DNA of 64,000 nt from Acidobacteriota bacterium (GTDB taxonomy: Bacteria; Acidobacteriota; Thermoanaerobaculia; Multivoradales; UBA5704). Shown here one piece after another: positions 1-10,163 of this stretch; position 1 is the first letter of the stretch, and every line of letters begins with the position of its first letter. A model generated the notes under the pieces. It saw nothing but the letters and a program-made list of their open reading frames with translations, did no database searches and was not told the origin of the DNA. Location: assembly GCA_040349255.1 (NCBI GenBank), contig JBEQUE010000218.1:24036-88035 (forward strand), in the 5' to 3' direction. Both the position numbers and the translations under genes were made by a program.

Positions 1-2156
1 ACGCCGAAGGACTGGCACTCCGCGGGGATTGTTCTCAGGCGGCGCGCTTCTTCGAGCATTCCCGGGAACAGTTTTCTGCTACGGGCAGTCCGATGGCGAA
101 GGCGGCCCGATACCAGGAGCTCGTGTGCATCTATCGGAACCGCCCGGCCGACGCTGAAGAATCCCTGGCCGAGCTGGCCTCGGAGCTGGAAACTCAGCCC
201 TACCCTACGCTTCTGGCAAGGACCGAGGGGATTCGCGGTCTGTGTGAAATGGCCCATGGACAGCACTCCAAGGCCATCGCGCACTATGAACGGGCAATCC
301 AGCTCCTCAGGAACAGCGGAGACACCGATGTTTTGAATCTCCTGGGCATGCTCGACGAGGCCTGTCGCTTTCTTGGTGATCGGGAGCGCGAGTGGGGCTA
401 TCGTCTTGAGTCTCTGAAAGGCGCCGTGGCTGCCGGCGACCGCAGGCTCCGCCATGCTGTTCTCGCGGGATTGGCGCGTGAGCTCGTCGAGAAAGATCGC
501 CGCGAAGTCGCACGGGTGGTGCTGGATGAGATGCTGGCCAATGCGCGTGCCTGGTCCGAACCCGGCGCGGAGGCTGAGGCGCTGTTGCGCCGCATCCAGC
601 TCGGTATCCTGAGCGGATCCGACGAATCAGCCGCCGCCGATATCGTGACATGCAGCCGGTTGCTGGAGCAGTATCGGCAGCCAGCGGATCGCGAGCGTCT
701 CGAAACCGAGTTGATTCTTGCTTCCGCGGAACAGCAACTCGCCACGAAGCCGGACGAGAGTCTTAAGGCGTTCCAGGCCGTGGTGCCACAGCTCGAAGCC
801 AGTGGCGATGGTCTACTCCTGCCGCGGGCGCTTCTTGGCCTCGCACGAGCACGAGCCTCCGTCGGCGACTCCGCAGAAGCCGAGGAGGCCTTCGACCGGG
901 CGCTCAGGATCTACGAAGCCCACCGGGAGGGAACTGTCGGAGAGGAGCACCGGATCAGCTTCTTCGCCACGGTCCAGGCGAGCTTCGACGCCATGATCCG
1001 CTTTCAGGCCTTCGAGCGCAGAGACGCCCGGGCCGCCTTTGCTTATTCCGAGCGGGTCCGCGCGAGGGCCCTGCGCGACCGGGTGGCGGAGAGCGGAGCG
1101 AAGGAACCTCTGCCTTTCGACGAACAGATTGATCACATCCCCGTGAAGGTCGCCGTTCTGGCGTATACAGAGTTGCCCGAGGCGCTGCTGGTCTGGCGGC
1201 TACAGAAGAGCACGCTGAAGATGTATACGCTGCCGGTGGCACGGAGCCAGGTGGCAGACGTGGTGGGCTCGTTCCGAGCAGCCATGACCGGCGCAAGATC
1301 CCTCGAGGCTGGCCAAGCCGCTGCCGCAAAAGCTTTCGATCTGCTGCTTCGCTCCGCCTTGGAAGGTGTACCGGTAGGTACGGAGCTGGTCTTCCTGCCG
1401 GACCGCGAGCTCTATCAGGTTCCCTTCTCAGCTCTTTTCGATGCGTCGCGCCGGCGCTATCTGATCGAAGATCACGCGTGCTCCGTCAGCCCCAGCCTGG
1501 AACTCTATCTTGCGTCACAGGAGCGAAGCACCTCTGCCTCCTGGAAGCCGCGGAGGGTGCTCTCGGTGGGTGATCCGGCGTTCGATCGCGCGCGGTTCCC
1601 TGACCTGCCGCGACTGCCTTCCGCCCAGGAGGAGGCCTTGGCGGTCGCCGCGCTCTACAAGGAAGCCCCGCCAATCGTCGGACCGGATGCGACGCGGCAG
1701 CGCATTCTCGAAAGCCTTCCGGAGAGTGATGTGCTGCATCTGGCGGCTCACGTCGTAGTCGATCCGCGGAGTTCCTTGGATTCGCTTGTAGCCACTGCCG
1801 GTCCGGGTGGCGAGCCTCTGCGGGCCTCGGACCTGAATGCGGAGCGGCTGGCCAAGGTCCGGCTCGTATTTCTGGCTGCGTGCGATACCGCTCCCGGCTT
1901 CAACGATGGAGACAGGGAGGGCACGGCTGGCCTGGCCCGTGCCTTCCTCGCCTCTGGGATCCCCTCGGTAGTCGCCACTCTCTGGGCGGTAGATGATCAA
2001 GCCGCGGCCCGGCTTGCCACGGCGTTTCATACCCGGCTGCTGCAAGGCGAGTCGCCGGCCCGTGCCTTGCGTCTCTCACAGCTCGCTTTCCTTTCCGAGC
2101 CTTCGTCGTCCGCGCCGTTCGCGTGGGCTCCATTTCAACTCTTCCAAGGCCCTTGA
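1..2156 (+). CDS. TPR-repeat / CHAT-domain (caspase-like) protease, probably 5'-truncated by the window edge
   Basis: ORF track 93..2156. The frame stays open back to nt 3 with protein-like TPR-type sequence, and there is no Shine-Dalgarno before the ATG at 93. The C-terminal half carries CHAT His/Cys dyad contexts VLHLAAHVVVD and VRLVFLAACDTAPG. Confidence 0.8.
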   Translation, partial: AEGLALRGDCSQAARFFEHSREQFSATGSPMAKAARYQELVCIYRNRPADAEESLAELASELETQPYPTLLARTEGIRGLCEMAHGQHSKAIAHYERAIQLLRNSGDTDVLNLLGMLDEACRFLGDREREWGYRLESLKGAVAAGDRRLRHAVLAGLARELVEKDRREVARVVLDEMLANARAWSEPGAEAEALLRRIQLGILSGSDESAAADIVTCSRLLEQYRQPADRERLETELILASAEQQLATKPDESLKAFQAVVPQLEASGDGLLLPRALLGLARARASVGDSAEAEEAFDRALRIYEAHREGTVGEEHRISFFATVQASFDAMIRFQAFERRDARAAFAYSERVRARALRDRVAESGAKEPLPFDEQIDHIPVKVAVLAYTELPEALLVWRLQKSTLKMYTLPVARSQVADVVGSFRAAMTGARSLEAGQAAAAKAFDLLLRSALEGVPVGTELVFLPDRELYQVPFSALFDASRRRYLIEDHACSVSPSLELYLASQERSTSASWKPRRVLSVGDPAFDRARFPDLPRLPSAQEEALAVAALYKEAPPIVGPDATRQRILESLPESDVLHLAAHVVVDPRSSLDSLVATAGPGGEPLRASDLNAERLAKVRLVFLAACDTAPGFNDGDREGTAGLARAFLASGIPSVVATLWAVDDQAAARLATAFHTRLLQGESPARALRLSQLAFLSEPSSSAPFAWAPFQLFQGP

Positions 2157-2173
2157 GCCACTAGGAGGAATCC

Positions 2174-3070
2174 ATGGCTGCTGGCATTGACGTCTTCTTT
2201 ACCGGTCTGATGCTAATCTGCCTCGACGGTCAAGCGAACTGCCCTATCGAGAGGTACTACCCTAATACTGCCTGGATTGTAAAGGCGGATGGACCACGAA
2301 GGATCTGCGGATGGGATGACAGTACTAAGACTACTCTTGTGATGCGGTTCCTCAGAAGTGAGTTTATGCCTTCAAAAGCAATTACGTGTGAAGAGGACGA
2401 CGCCAATCCGAACTGCACTAGCGTGATACCAACTACGCAATCCAATATATGCGTTTACCCAGCGCCTGATCCCGATGAGCAACGGCTAGAAAGCAGCCTT
2501 CAATGGTTGCCAAGAATCTCTGAAATTGATGGACGTTTCAAAGCAGTTCGTCTAGAACATATTGGCGATCCTAGTTACACTCCGGTCAGCATCAATTTCG
2601 CAACCGGAGTGATTGGCGCCGGCGAGAAATGGCCGCCGGCGAACGCCGGCCTTGGCCCACCAAAACTGTGGCTTCGCTCGGACATGAAAGCCGCCGACAA
2701 CCTTCCGCGCGAGTTGTCGGATCGATTGCAGGTTAGCTACGGAGGGGCTACACAATTACATTTCACCTACTGCGACGGCCGGCCTTGGTTAACGCTTATG
2801 GCAAAGACACCACGGGCTAGCCTAACTATCCGAAACAGGGCCGAAACGTTCATCATTGATCGGTACAATGGCTACGATAATCTATCCAATCTTCTCTGGT
2901 ACTACCGTTTAGGGATCTGGGACACCACCTACGGCTCATGCCCGGAATACAGCGTAGACCGGAGAGATGCGGTCATACTTCGGTGCCGGCGAGACAATGG
3001 CCGCGCCTGCGCGTGCTATGACGATAACTGTAATCGCGAGTCTACGTTTTGGCCGCCGCTTTTGAGATAG
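2174..3070 (+). CDS. hypothetical Cys-rich protein, no recognisable family, compositional outlier
   Basis: ORF track 298 aa. AGGAGG lies 6 nt upstream of the ATG, 17 nt after the CHAT stop. The DNA is visibly much less G+C-rich than all flanking genes (by eye, not computed). About 14 Cys, no signal peptide seen. Confidence 0.6.
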   Translation: MAAGIDVFFTGLMLICLDGQANCPIERYYPNTAWIVKADGPRRICGWDDSTKTTLVMRFLRSEFMPSKAITCEEDDANPNCTSVIPTTQSNICVYPAPDPDEQRLESSLQWLPRISEIDGRFKAVRLEHIGDPSYTPVSINFATGVIGAGEKWPPANAGLGPPKLWLRSDMKAADNLPRELSDRLQVSYGGATQLHFTYCDGRPWLTLMAKTPRASLTIRNRAETFIIDRYNGYDNLSNLLWYYRLGIWDTTYGSCPEYSVDRRDAVILRCRRDNGRACACYDDNCNRESTFWPPLLR

Positions 3071-3086
3071 CAGCAAAGAGGGGAAA

Positions 3087-3159
3087 TGGCTAGAAGCCAG
3101 GGATTCGAACCTCGATTCTGCGGGTCAGAGCCGACTGTCCTACGCTGAAGGACCTCCCA
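3087..3159 (-). tRNA. tRNA-Gln(CUG)-like sequence with degenerate stems, possibly a pseudogene
   Basis: The reverse complement reads TGGGAGG TC CTTC AGCGTA GGAC A GTCGG CTCTGAC CCGCA GAAT CGAGG TTCGAAT CCCTG GCTTCTA G CCA (73 nt). The layout, T-loop and AGCCA end resemble bacterial tRNA-Gln. Hand folding gives 1 mismatch each in the acceptor, D and T stems and 2 in the anticodon stem. Confidence 0.45.
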
Positions 3160-3196
3160 GCAGGGCAGGCCCGGGAGGATAAACCTAACGGGCCTG

Positions 3197-4648
3197 TCAG
3201 CTCAGTCCCGGAGCGGCGCGGAGGAATTCCACGAACTTCGTCAGCCGCCGCTTCGTGGTCTCCCGGCCCATGACCTCGATCAAGTCGAAGAGCGGCGGGC
3301 CTCCGGTGGCGCCCGAAAGGGCCATCCGGGTCGGGTGGATCGGCACGCCCGCTTTCACGCCGCGCTCGTCGGCCAGCTTCCGCAGCTCGGCCTCCAGCGC
3401 CTCCTTCGTGAACTCCGGCAGCGCGTCGAAACGGTCCCGCAGGGTCTCCAGCAGCTCCGGCAGCGCCGGGTCCTTCAGGAACTTGGCGCAGGCCGCCGGG
3501 TCGTAGGCCGGCAGCTCCTGGAAGTAGGGCGTCACCTGCTCGGCCAGCTCCTTCAGGGTCTTGGCGCGCGGGCGGTGAAGCTCCAGCGCCTCGGACAGAC
3601 GCTCCGGATCCGCGTCCGTCAGCCCGTACTGGTCCAGGAAAGGCTCCAGGTAGGGCCGCAGCTCGGCGGTCTCCGTCTTCAGCATGTACTGGGAGTTCAT
3701 CCACAGCAGCTTCTCGCGGTCGAACACCGCCGCCGAGGCGTTCAGGCGGTCGACCGTGAAGAGCTGGATCATCTCCTCGCGCGCGAGGACCTCGCGGTCG
3801 TCGCCCGGGCTCCAGCCGAGGAGCGCCATGAAGTTGTAGAGCGCCTGCGGCAACATGCCCTCATTGCGGAACTCCTCGACCGAGGTGGCGCCGTAGCGCT
3901 TCGAGAGCCGCTTCTTGTCCGGCCCGAGGATCAGCGGCAGGTGGCCGAAGGTCGGCACCTGCCCGCCCAGGGCCTGGAACAGAGGGATGTGCTTCGGCGT
4001 GTTCGACAGGTGGTCCTCGCCCCGGATCACGTGGGTGATCCGCATGTCGATGTCGTCCACCACGACCGACATGTGGTAGGTCGGGGTGCCGTCGGAGCGC
4101 AGGAGCACGAAGTCGTCCAGGGCGTCCGGCGGGAAGTCCATGTCGCCGCGCACCATGTCGTGGAAGCGGATGTGGTCGTCCGGCATCCGGAAGCGGACCA
4201 CGAACGGGCGGCCCTCGGCGAGCCGCGCCTCGACCTCCTCCTTGGAAAGCTTGAGGCAGGTGCGCGGGTAGCGGAAGGCGGCGCCTCCCGCCTGCGCCTC
4301 GGCGCGCTGGGCCTCCAGCTCCTCCTGGGTGCAGAAGCAGCGATAGGCCCTGCCGTTGGCGAGCAGCTCCTCGGCGCGCTCGTGGTGGCGCGGCAGGCGC
4401 TCGCTCTGGAGGAACGGCCCCTCGTCCCAGACCACACCGATCCAGGCCAGGGCGGACTGGATCTGGAGGGTCATGGCCTCGTCCGAGCGCTCCTTGTCCG
4501 TGTCCTCGATGCGCAGGATGAAGGCGCCGCCCATCTTCTGGCGCAGCAGGTCGTTGTAGATGGCGGTGCGGACGCCGCCCAGGTGCAGGAAGCCGGTCGG
4601 GGAGGGTGCGAAGCGCACGCGGACCGGGCCGTTCATCTCCGTAGTCAT
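3197..4648 (-). CDS. gltX: glutamyl-tRNA synthetase
   Basis: C-terminal 483 codons of ORF 3197..5545. Starts MTTEMNGPVRVRFAPSPTGFLHLGG (HIGH motif) and has the KMSKS-type LSKRYG. The upstream part of the track ORF is antisense to the usp gene and low-complexity. Confidence 0.93.
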   Translation of the reverse strand: MTTEMNGPVRVRFAPSPTGFLHLGGVRTAIYNDLLRQKMGGAFILRIEDTDKERSDEAMTLQIQSALAWIGVVWDEGPFLQSERLPRHHERAEELLANGRAYRCFCTQEELEAQRAEAQAGGAAFRYPRTCLKLSKEEVEARLAEGRPFVVRFRMPDDHIRFHDMVRGDMDFPPDALDDFVLLRSDGTPTYHMSVVVDDIDMRITHVIRGEDHLSNTPKHIPLFQALGGQVPTFGHLPLILGPDKKRLSKRYGATSVEEFRNEGMLPQALYNFMALLGWSPGDDREVLAREEMIQLFTVDRLNASAAVFDREKLLWMNSQYMLKTETAELRPYLEPFLDQYGLTDADPERLSEALELHRPRAKTLKELAEQVTPYFQELPAYDPAACAKFLKDPALPELLETLRDRFDALPEFTKEALEAELRKLADERGVKAGVPIHPTRMALSGATGGPPLFDLIEVMGRETTKRRLTKFVEFLRAAPGLS

Positions 4649-4666
4649 AGCGATGGGCAAGGTATC

Positions 4667-5587
4667 ATGCGGTCCATGGAACCAGGAACTTCCCACCCCG
4701 TCATCCTTGCGGCCACCGACTTCTCGGAGACCGCCGAGGCCGCGCTGGACTGGGCCGCCGAGCTGGCCCGCCTCCAGGGGGCCCGGCTGGAGCTGATCCA
4801 TGCCGTGATGCTCCCTCCAGCGATGTCCGGCTTCGTGGCGCCCGGTCCCCTCTTCGACGAGGAGGTGCGCGCCGCCGCCGTCGCCCGGCTCGGCGAGGCC
4901 GCCGGCCGCCTCCGCCAGGCCTCTCCGGGGACCGAGGTCGCCACCCATCTCGCGATGGGCACGCCTTCCCAGGTCATCCTCCACCGCGCCGGAGAGCTGT
5001 CGGCGGCGGCCATCGTCATGGGCACCCGCGGCCTGACCGGCCTGCGCCACCTCCTCCTCGGGAGCACCACGGAACGGGTCATGCACCGGGCGCCGTGCCC
5101 GGTGCTCTCGGTCCACCCCGGCGACCGCGACCGCCACCGGCCGATCCGCTCGATCCTGGTGCCGACCGACTTCTCCAGGGACGCCGAGCTCGCCATCGAG
5201 GCCGCCCACCGGCTCCTCGCGCCCCTGGAGCAGGACGCGCGCCTGGTCCTCCTCCACGCCTTCAACCTGCCGATCGAGTACACCGCCTACGGGCCGATCC
5301 CGACCTCGGTGGACTATCTGAAGGACCGCGGTCTGGAGTCCGAGCGTCTCCTGGAGGAGATGCAGGAGCGGCTGCTGCGCGAGGGCCTGGCCGTGGAGAC
5401 GGTGGCCCGCGAAGGAGACCCGGCCGAGGTGATCGCCTCCGAGGCCGAGTCCCGCGGCGTGGATCTCATCGCCATGGGCACCCACGGGGGGTCCGCGCTC
5501 CGGCACCTGCTCCTCGGCAGCACCGCCGCGCGGGTGCTCCAGCACGCCGCCTGCCCGGTGATGACGATCCGGCGGCCGGAGGAGTAG
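4667..5587 (+). CDS. tandem universal stress protein (two UspA domains)
   Basis: Last 306 codons of ORF 3335..5587, starting MRSMEPGTSHPVILAATDFSE. Two repeats each end in the GxxG...LLGS(T)T..V motif (IVMGTRGLTGLRHLLLGSTTERV and IAMGTHGGSALRHLLLGSTAARV). Confidence 0.85.
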   Translation: MRSMEPGTSHPVILAATDFSETAEAALDWAAELARLQGARLELIHAVMLPPAMSGFVAPGPLFDEEVRAAAVARLGEAAGRLRQASPGTEVATHLAMGTPSQVILHRAGELSAAAIVMGTRGLTGLRHLLLGSTTERVMHRAPCPVLSVHPGDRDRHRPIRSILVPTDFSRDAELAIEAAHRLLAPLEQDARLVLLHAFNLPIEYTAYGPIPTSVDYLKDRGLESERLLEEMQERLLREGLAVETVAREGDPAEVIASEAESRGVDLIAMGTHGGSALRHLLLGSTAARVLQHAACPVMTIRRPEE

Positions 5588-5620
5588 AGCTCCGGCCGCC
5601 CGGACCGTTCCGAAAGACCG

Positions 5621-6430
5621 CTACTCGACGATCGGCAGGTCCAGGGGGGCCTCGTCGTCGCCCTTGACCCTGACGCGCACCGGGCGGCCGCCGTCGCCCT
5701 TCACCTTGAGACGCAGGACGCGGGTGGTCGCCTTCGAGCCGCCGACCTCGACACTGTCGTAGGGCTCGAGGACGAGCGCCTCGCCCTTCTCGTCGAGAAC
5801 GGAGATGTCGAGGGTCGCGGCCTTGCCTCCCGGCGCGCCGGCGTAGTGGAGGGACACGAGCCAGTCGCCGTCGTGGCGGGCGATGCGGACCAGCGGACGG
5901 CCGGCGGCGGCGAAGCTGGAGAAACGATAGGTGGTGACATCTTTCGGAATGGTGGCGCTCCCTTTGACTTTCCAGTCGGCCGTGGCAAGCACCTCGCTCG
6001 TGGAAGTGTTGATCAGCTCGCCATGGAAATCGAGGTTTATTTCAAGGGTCTGGCCGGAGCTTCCCGAGAGGCCCGGTTCGTCCGAGCCCTCGTAGGTGCA
6101 TCCCGTGTCCTGTGCAGGCAGATACTGATCGAGCGAAGAGGCCGGACAGGCCCGATAACCGTAGGCGGTACAGCCCTTTCCCGGCCCGCAGCCGTCGATG
6201 CGGAACTCGTCGGGGCTGAGCGTGACCGAACCGCAGAGCACATGCGTGATCGTGTTGCCGTCGACGGTGAAATAACCCTTCACATACTGGCGGTACTCGC
6301 CGGCGGCGCAGCTTCCGCCGTCGTTCTTGAGCTGCGCCTTCATGACGAACGGGACCGAGAGTTTTTTGCCCGAGAGCTGGGGAACCAGAGTGCCGCTCGG
6401 GATGTCGGTGAACTGACCTGTGAGAGCCAT
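5621..6430 (-). CDS. hypothetical protein (Cys-rich N-terminal half)
   Basis: ORF track 269 aa with protein-like composition, downstream and co-directional with the aldehyde dehydrogenase. I recognise no family. Confidence 0.55.
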   Translation of the reverse strand: MALTGQFTDIPSGTLVPQLSGKKLSVPFVMKAQLKNDGGSCAAGEYRQYVKGYFTVDGNTITHVLCGSVTLSPDEFRIDGCGPGKGCTAYGYRACPASSLDQYLPAQDTGCTYEGSDEPGLSGSSGQTLEINLDFHGELINTSTSEVLATADWKVKGSATIPKDVTTYRFSSFAAAGRPLVRIARHDGDWLVSLHYAGAPGGKAATLDISVLDEKGEALVLEPYDSVEVGGSKATTRVLRLKVKGDGGRPVRVRVKGDDEAPLDLPIVE

Positions 6431-6516
6431 GGCGATTGCGTCCTCCTTCCGGTTTTGAGGTCCTTCGGAAGGACGGCGCGCCGACGGCGCTGTGAACCCC
6501 GGCGGGCGGACGCCGG

Positions 6517-7877
6517 CTATTTCACCCAGACGGTCTTGATGTTCACGAACTCGCGGATGCCCACCTCGGACAGCTCGCGGCCGTAGCCCGAGCTCTTGAT
6601 GCCGCCGAACGGGAGCCGCGGGTCGGACTTGACGATCCCGTTCACGAAGACCGAGCCGGCCTCGATCTCCGCGGCCAGGGGGCCTCGGCGCGCGCCGGGT
6701 CGGAGGTCCAGACGCTCGCCCCGAGACCGTAGCGCGAGCGGTTCGCCAGCTCCACGGCCTCGGCCGCGTCGCGGACGCGGGTCACGGCCGCCACCGGCCC
6801 GAAGGTCTCCTCGTCGAAGGCCGGCATGCCGGGCTTCACCCCCGAGAGCAGGGTCGGCTCGTAGAACCAGCCACCCCCATCCCTGCGCCGGCCGCCGGTC
6901 CGCAGCACGGCGCCGGCCTCCACCGAGCGCCGCACCTGATCGTCCAGGTCGCCCAGCAGGTCCTCGCGCGCCATGGGCCCGACCTCGGTGCCGCGGTCGA
7001 GCGGGTCGCCGACCTTGAGCGCCTCCATCGCCTTGACCATCTCCTCCTCGAAGCGGTCGGCGACCGGCTCCTCGACGATGAAACGCTTGGCCGCGATGCA
7101 GCTCTGGCCCGAGTTGATGGTGCGCGCCTTGGCCGCCTGCTTCGCGGCTTCGACCGGATCGGCATCGGCGAGAACGAGGAACGGGTCCGAGCCACCGAGC
7201 TCGAGCACGGTCTTCTTGAGGTGACGGCCCGCCTCGGCGGCGACCTCCATGCCCGCCTTCTCGCTGCCGGTGAGAGTCACCGCCTTGATGGCCGGGTGGC
7301 GGATCAGCTCGGCCACCCGGGAGGACGGAACGAGGAGAGTCGTGAAGACGCCTTCGGGGAAGCCGGCGTCCCGGAAGACCTCCTCGATGGCGAGCGCCGT
7401 GCCCGGGACGTTGCCGGCGTGCTTGAGCAGGCCGACGTTGCCCGCCATGAGGGCCGGCGCGGCGAAGCGGAAGACCTGCCAGAACGGGAAGTTCCAGGGC
7501 ATGACCGCGAGCACCGGACCGATCGGGTCGTAGCGCACCAGGCTGCGGCTGGCGTCGGTGCCGACCGGCTCGGCGGAGAGGAAGCGCTCGGCGTGCTCGG
7601 CGTAGAACTCGCAGACCCAGGCGCACTTGTCGACCTCGCCCTCGGCGGCCGGGAGCGGCTTGCCCATCTCTTCGGTGATGAGGCGTCCGTAGTCGCCGGC
7701 GCGCTCGCGCAGGAGGTCGCCGGCCTGGGTCATGAGCTTCGCGCGCTCGGCGAACGGCACGCGGCGCCAGGAGGCGAAGGCCGCCTCGGCGCGCTCCAGC
7801 CGCTCGGCGGCCGCGGCCTCGTCATGGTCGGGGTACTCCCGGATCAGCTCGCCCGTCGCGGGGTTGATGGCTTTCAT
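6517..7877 (-). pseudogene. NAD(P)-dependent aldehyde / succinate-semialdehyde dehydrogenase, reading frame broken once
   Basis: ORF 6642..7925 carries MKAINPATGE... with ALDH motifs ([29 protein letters not shown]). The family C-terminus [14 protein letters not shown]...[13 protein letters not shown] lies in a different frame (end of ORF 6517..7626). The switch maps to a G5 run at 6678-6682. Confidence 0.8.
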
Positions 7878-7923
7878 GAAGGCGCTCCCACCCGGTTCCG
7901 GTATTACGTCTTTCAAGGAAGGC

Positions 7924-8017
<94 letters not shown>

Positions 8018-8141
8018 TGCGGTCCGGCAGGGGTCCTCATTGTATGGGCCCGAGGCCCCGGAGTCAAAAAGGCCCCATCCGGTGCAGGAAGGATAAACTA
8101 GCACCCCCTGTCGGGTATTCCTCTTGGAGGAGGGAGAGATC

Positions 8142-10151
8142 ATGGGTGACGAACCGAAGAATCAGGACCGGCTGGCGATCGACACCATCCGGTTCCTTGC
8201 CGTGGACATGGTGGAAAAGGCGCAGTCCGGGCACCCCGGCGCGCCGCTGGGCCAGGCGCCGCTCGCGTATCTGATCTGGACGCGCCACATGCGCCACAAC
8301 CCGGACAACCCGGACTGGCCGAACCGTGACCGCTTCGTGCTCTCCTGCGGCCACGCCTCGGCCCTGCTCTACGCGCTGCTCCACCTCGGCGGCTACGGCC
8401 TGCCCATGGAGGAGCTGCAGCGCTTCCGCCAGCTCGGCTCGAAGACGCCCGGCCATCCCGAGCACGAGCTGACCCGCGGCGTCGAGACCACGACCGGGCC
8501 GCTCGGCCAGGGGCTCGGCAACGCGGTCGGCATGGCGATCGCGGAGAAGCTCGGCGCCGCCCACTTCAACCGCGACGGCTTCCCGCTCTTCGACCACAAC
8601 ATCTGGGTGATCGCGAGCGACGGCGACATGATGGAAGGCGTGGCCTCCGAAGCCTGCTCGCTCGCCGGCCACCTGAAGCTCGGCCGGCTCAAGGTGTTCT
8701 ACGACGACAACGAGATCTCGATCGACGGCCCCACCTCGCTCGCCTTCACCGAGGACGTCGGCAAGCGCTTCGAGGCCTACGGATGGAACGTCCTCCGGGT
8801 CGGAGACGGCAACGACCTCGAAGCCCTGGAGGCGGCGATCGGCAAGGCCGAGGCCGAGACCGAGCGGCCGACGCTCGTGGTCGTCCGGACGGTGATCGGC
8901 TACGGCAGTCCGCACAAGGGCGGCACGGCCGAGGCGCACGGCGCGCCGCTCGGAGCCGACGAGGTCGTGGCCACGAAGAAGGCGCTCGGCTGGCCGACGG
9001 AGCCGACCTTCCTGGTGCCGGACGGCGCCACGGAGCCGTTCGAGGGCGCCCGCGAGCGCGGCCGCAAGGCCGAGCAGGAGTGGAACGACCTGCTGAAGCG
9101 CTACCGCGAGGCCCACCCCGAAGCCGCCGCCGACCTCGACGGCCGGCTCGCGAACCGCCTGTCGGACGGCTGGCAGGACGCGCTGCCGAAGTTCAAGCCG
9201 GAGGACAAGCCGGTCGCGACCCGCGCCGCCTCCGGCCAGGTGCTCAACGCGCTGGCCGCGAAGATCCCGCTTCTCACCGGCGGCTCGGCGGACCTGACGC
9301 CGTCGAACAACACCTTCCTCAAGGGTCTGCCCAACTTCGAATCCGAGACCCCTGGCGGCCGGAACCTGCGCTTCGGGGTGCGCGAGCACGGCATGGGCTC
9401 GGTGATGAACGGCATCGCCCTGTCGCGCCTGTGGATCCCGTACGGCGGCACCTTCCTGATCTTCTCGGACTACATGCGTCCGCCGATCCGCCTGGCCTGC
9501 CTGATGAAGATCCAGGCGATCTACGTCTTCACCCACGACTCGATCTTCCTGGGTGAGGACGGTCCGACCCACCAGCCGATCGAGCAGCTCTCCGCGCTCC
9601 GGGCCATCCCTGCGTTGCGCGTCATCCGGCCGGCCGACGCGAACGAGACCGCCGAGGCCTGGCGTCTGGCGATCGAGCACCGGCACGGCCCCACGGCCCT
9701 CGCCCTGACCCGCCAGAACCTGCCGATCCTGGCCGAGGCCGTGGACAAGGCCCGCGAAGGCGTGGCGAAGGGCGCCTACATCCTCCTGGACTCCGAAGAC
9801 CCCGAGCTGATCCTGATCGCCACGGGCTCCGAGGTCTCGGCCACGCTGGAAGCCGCCAAGTCGCTCCAGGGCAAGGGCAAGCGCGTCCGGGTGGTGAGCA
9901 TGCCGTGCTGGGAGCTGTTCGACGAGCAGCCGAAGGAGTACCAGGACAGCGTGCTGCCGCCCGCGGTCCGCAAGCGCCTGGCCGTCGAAGCCGGCTCCCC
10001 GATGGGCTGGGAACGGTATGTGGGGCTTGACGGCGAGGTCCACGGCATCGAGCGCTTCGGAGCCTCGGCGCCGGCCAAGGACCTGGCGCGCGAGTTCGGC
10101 TTCACGCCGGAGGCGATCGCGGAGCACGCGGAGGGGATGCTGGGGAGGTAG
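8142..10151 (+). CDS. tkt: transketolase
   Basis: ORF track 8124..10151. [21 protein letters not shown] (ThDP motif) and full-length similarity to Tkt. The ATG at 8142 is preferred because GGAGGAGGGAG lies just upstream. Confidence 0.95.
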   Translation: MGDEPKNQDRLAIDTIRFLAVDMVEKAQSGHPGAPLGQAPLAYLIWTRHMRHNPDNPDWPNRDRFVLSCGHASALLYALLHLGGYGLPMEELQRFRQLGSKTPGHPEHELTRGVETTTGPLGQGLGNAVGMAIAEKLGAAHFNRDGFPLFDHNIWVIASDGDMMEGVASEACSLAGHLKLGRLKVFYDDNEISIDGPTSLAFTEDVGKRFEAYGWNVLRVGDGNDLEALEAAIGKAEAETERPTLVVVRTVIGYGSPHKGGTAEAHGAPLGADEVVATKKALGWPTEPTFLVPDGATEPFEGARERGRKAEQEWNDLLKRYREAHPEAAADLDGRLANRLSDGWQDALPKFKPEDKPVATRAASGQVLNALAAKIPLLTGGSADLTPSNNTFLKGLPNFESETPGGRNLRFGVREHGMGSVMNGIALSRLWIPYGGTFLIFSDYMRPPIRLACLMKIQAIYVFTHDSIFLGEDGPTHQPIEQLSALRAIPALRVIRPADANETAEAWRLAIEHRHGPTALALTRQNLPILAEAVDKAREGVAKGAYILLDSEDPELILIATGSEVSATLEAAKSLQGKGKRVRVVSMPCWELFDEQPKEYQDSVLPPAVRKRLAVEAGSPMGWERYVGLDGEVHGIERFGASAPAKDLAREFGFTPEAIAEHAEGMLGR

Positions 10152-10163
10152 ACTGGAGGTCCG

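Noticed and set aside
3087-3159. tmRNA 3' end, tRNA-Sec, or an intact tRNA
   Set aside because: There is no G3:U70 alanine-type acceptor and no tag reading frame for tmRNA. There is no UCA anticodon in a proper loop and no 8-bp acceptor for tRNA-Sec. Five stem mismatches keep me from calling it a functional tRNA with confidence.
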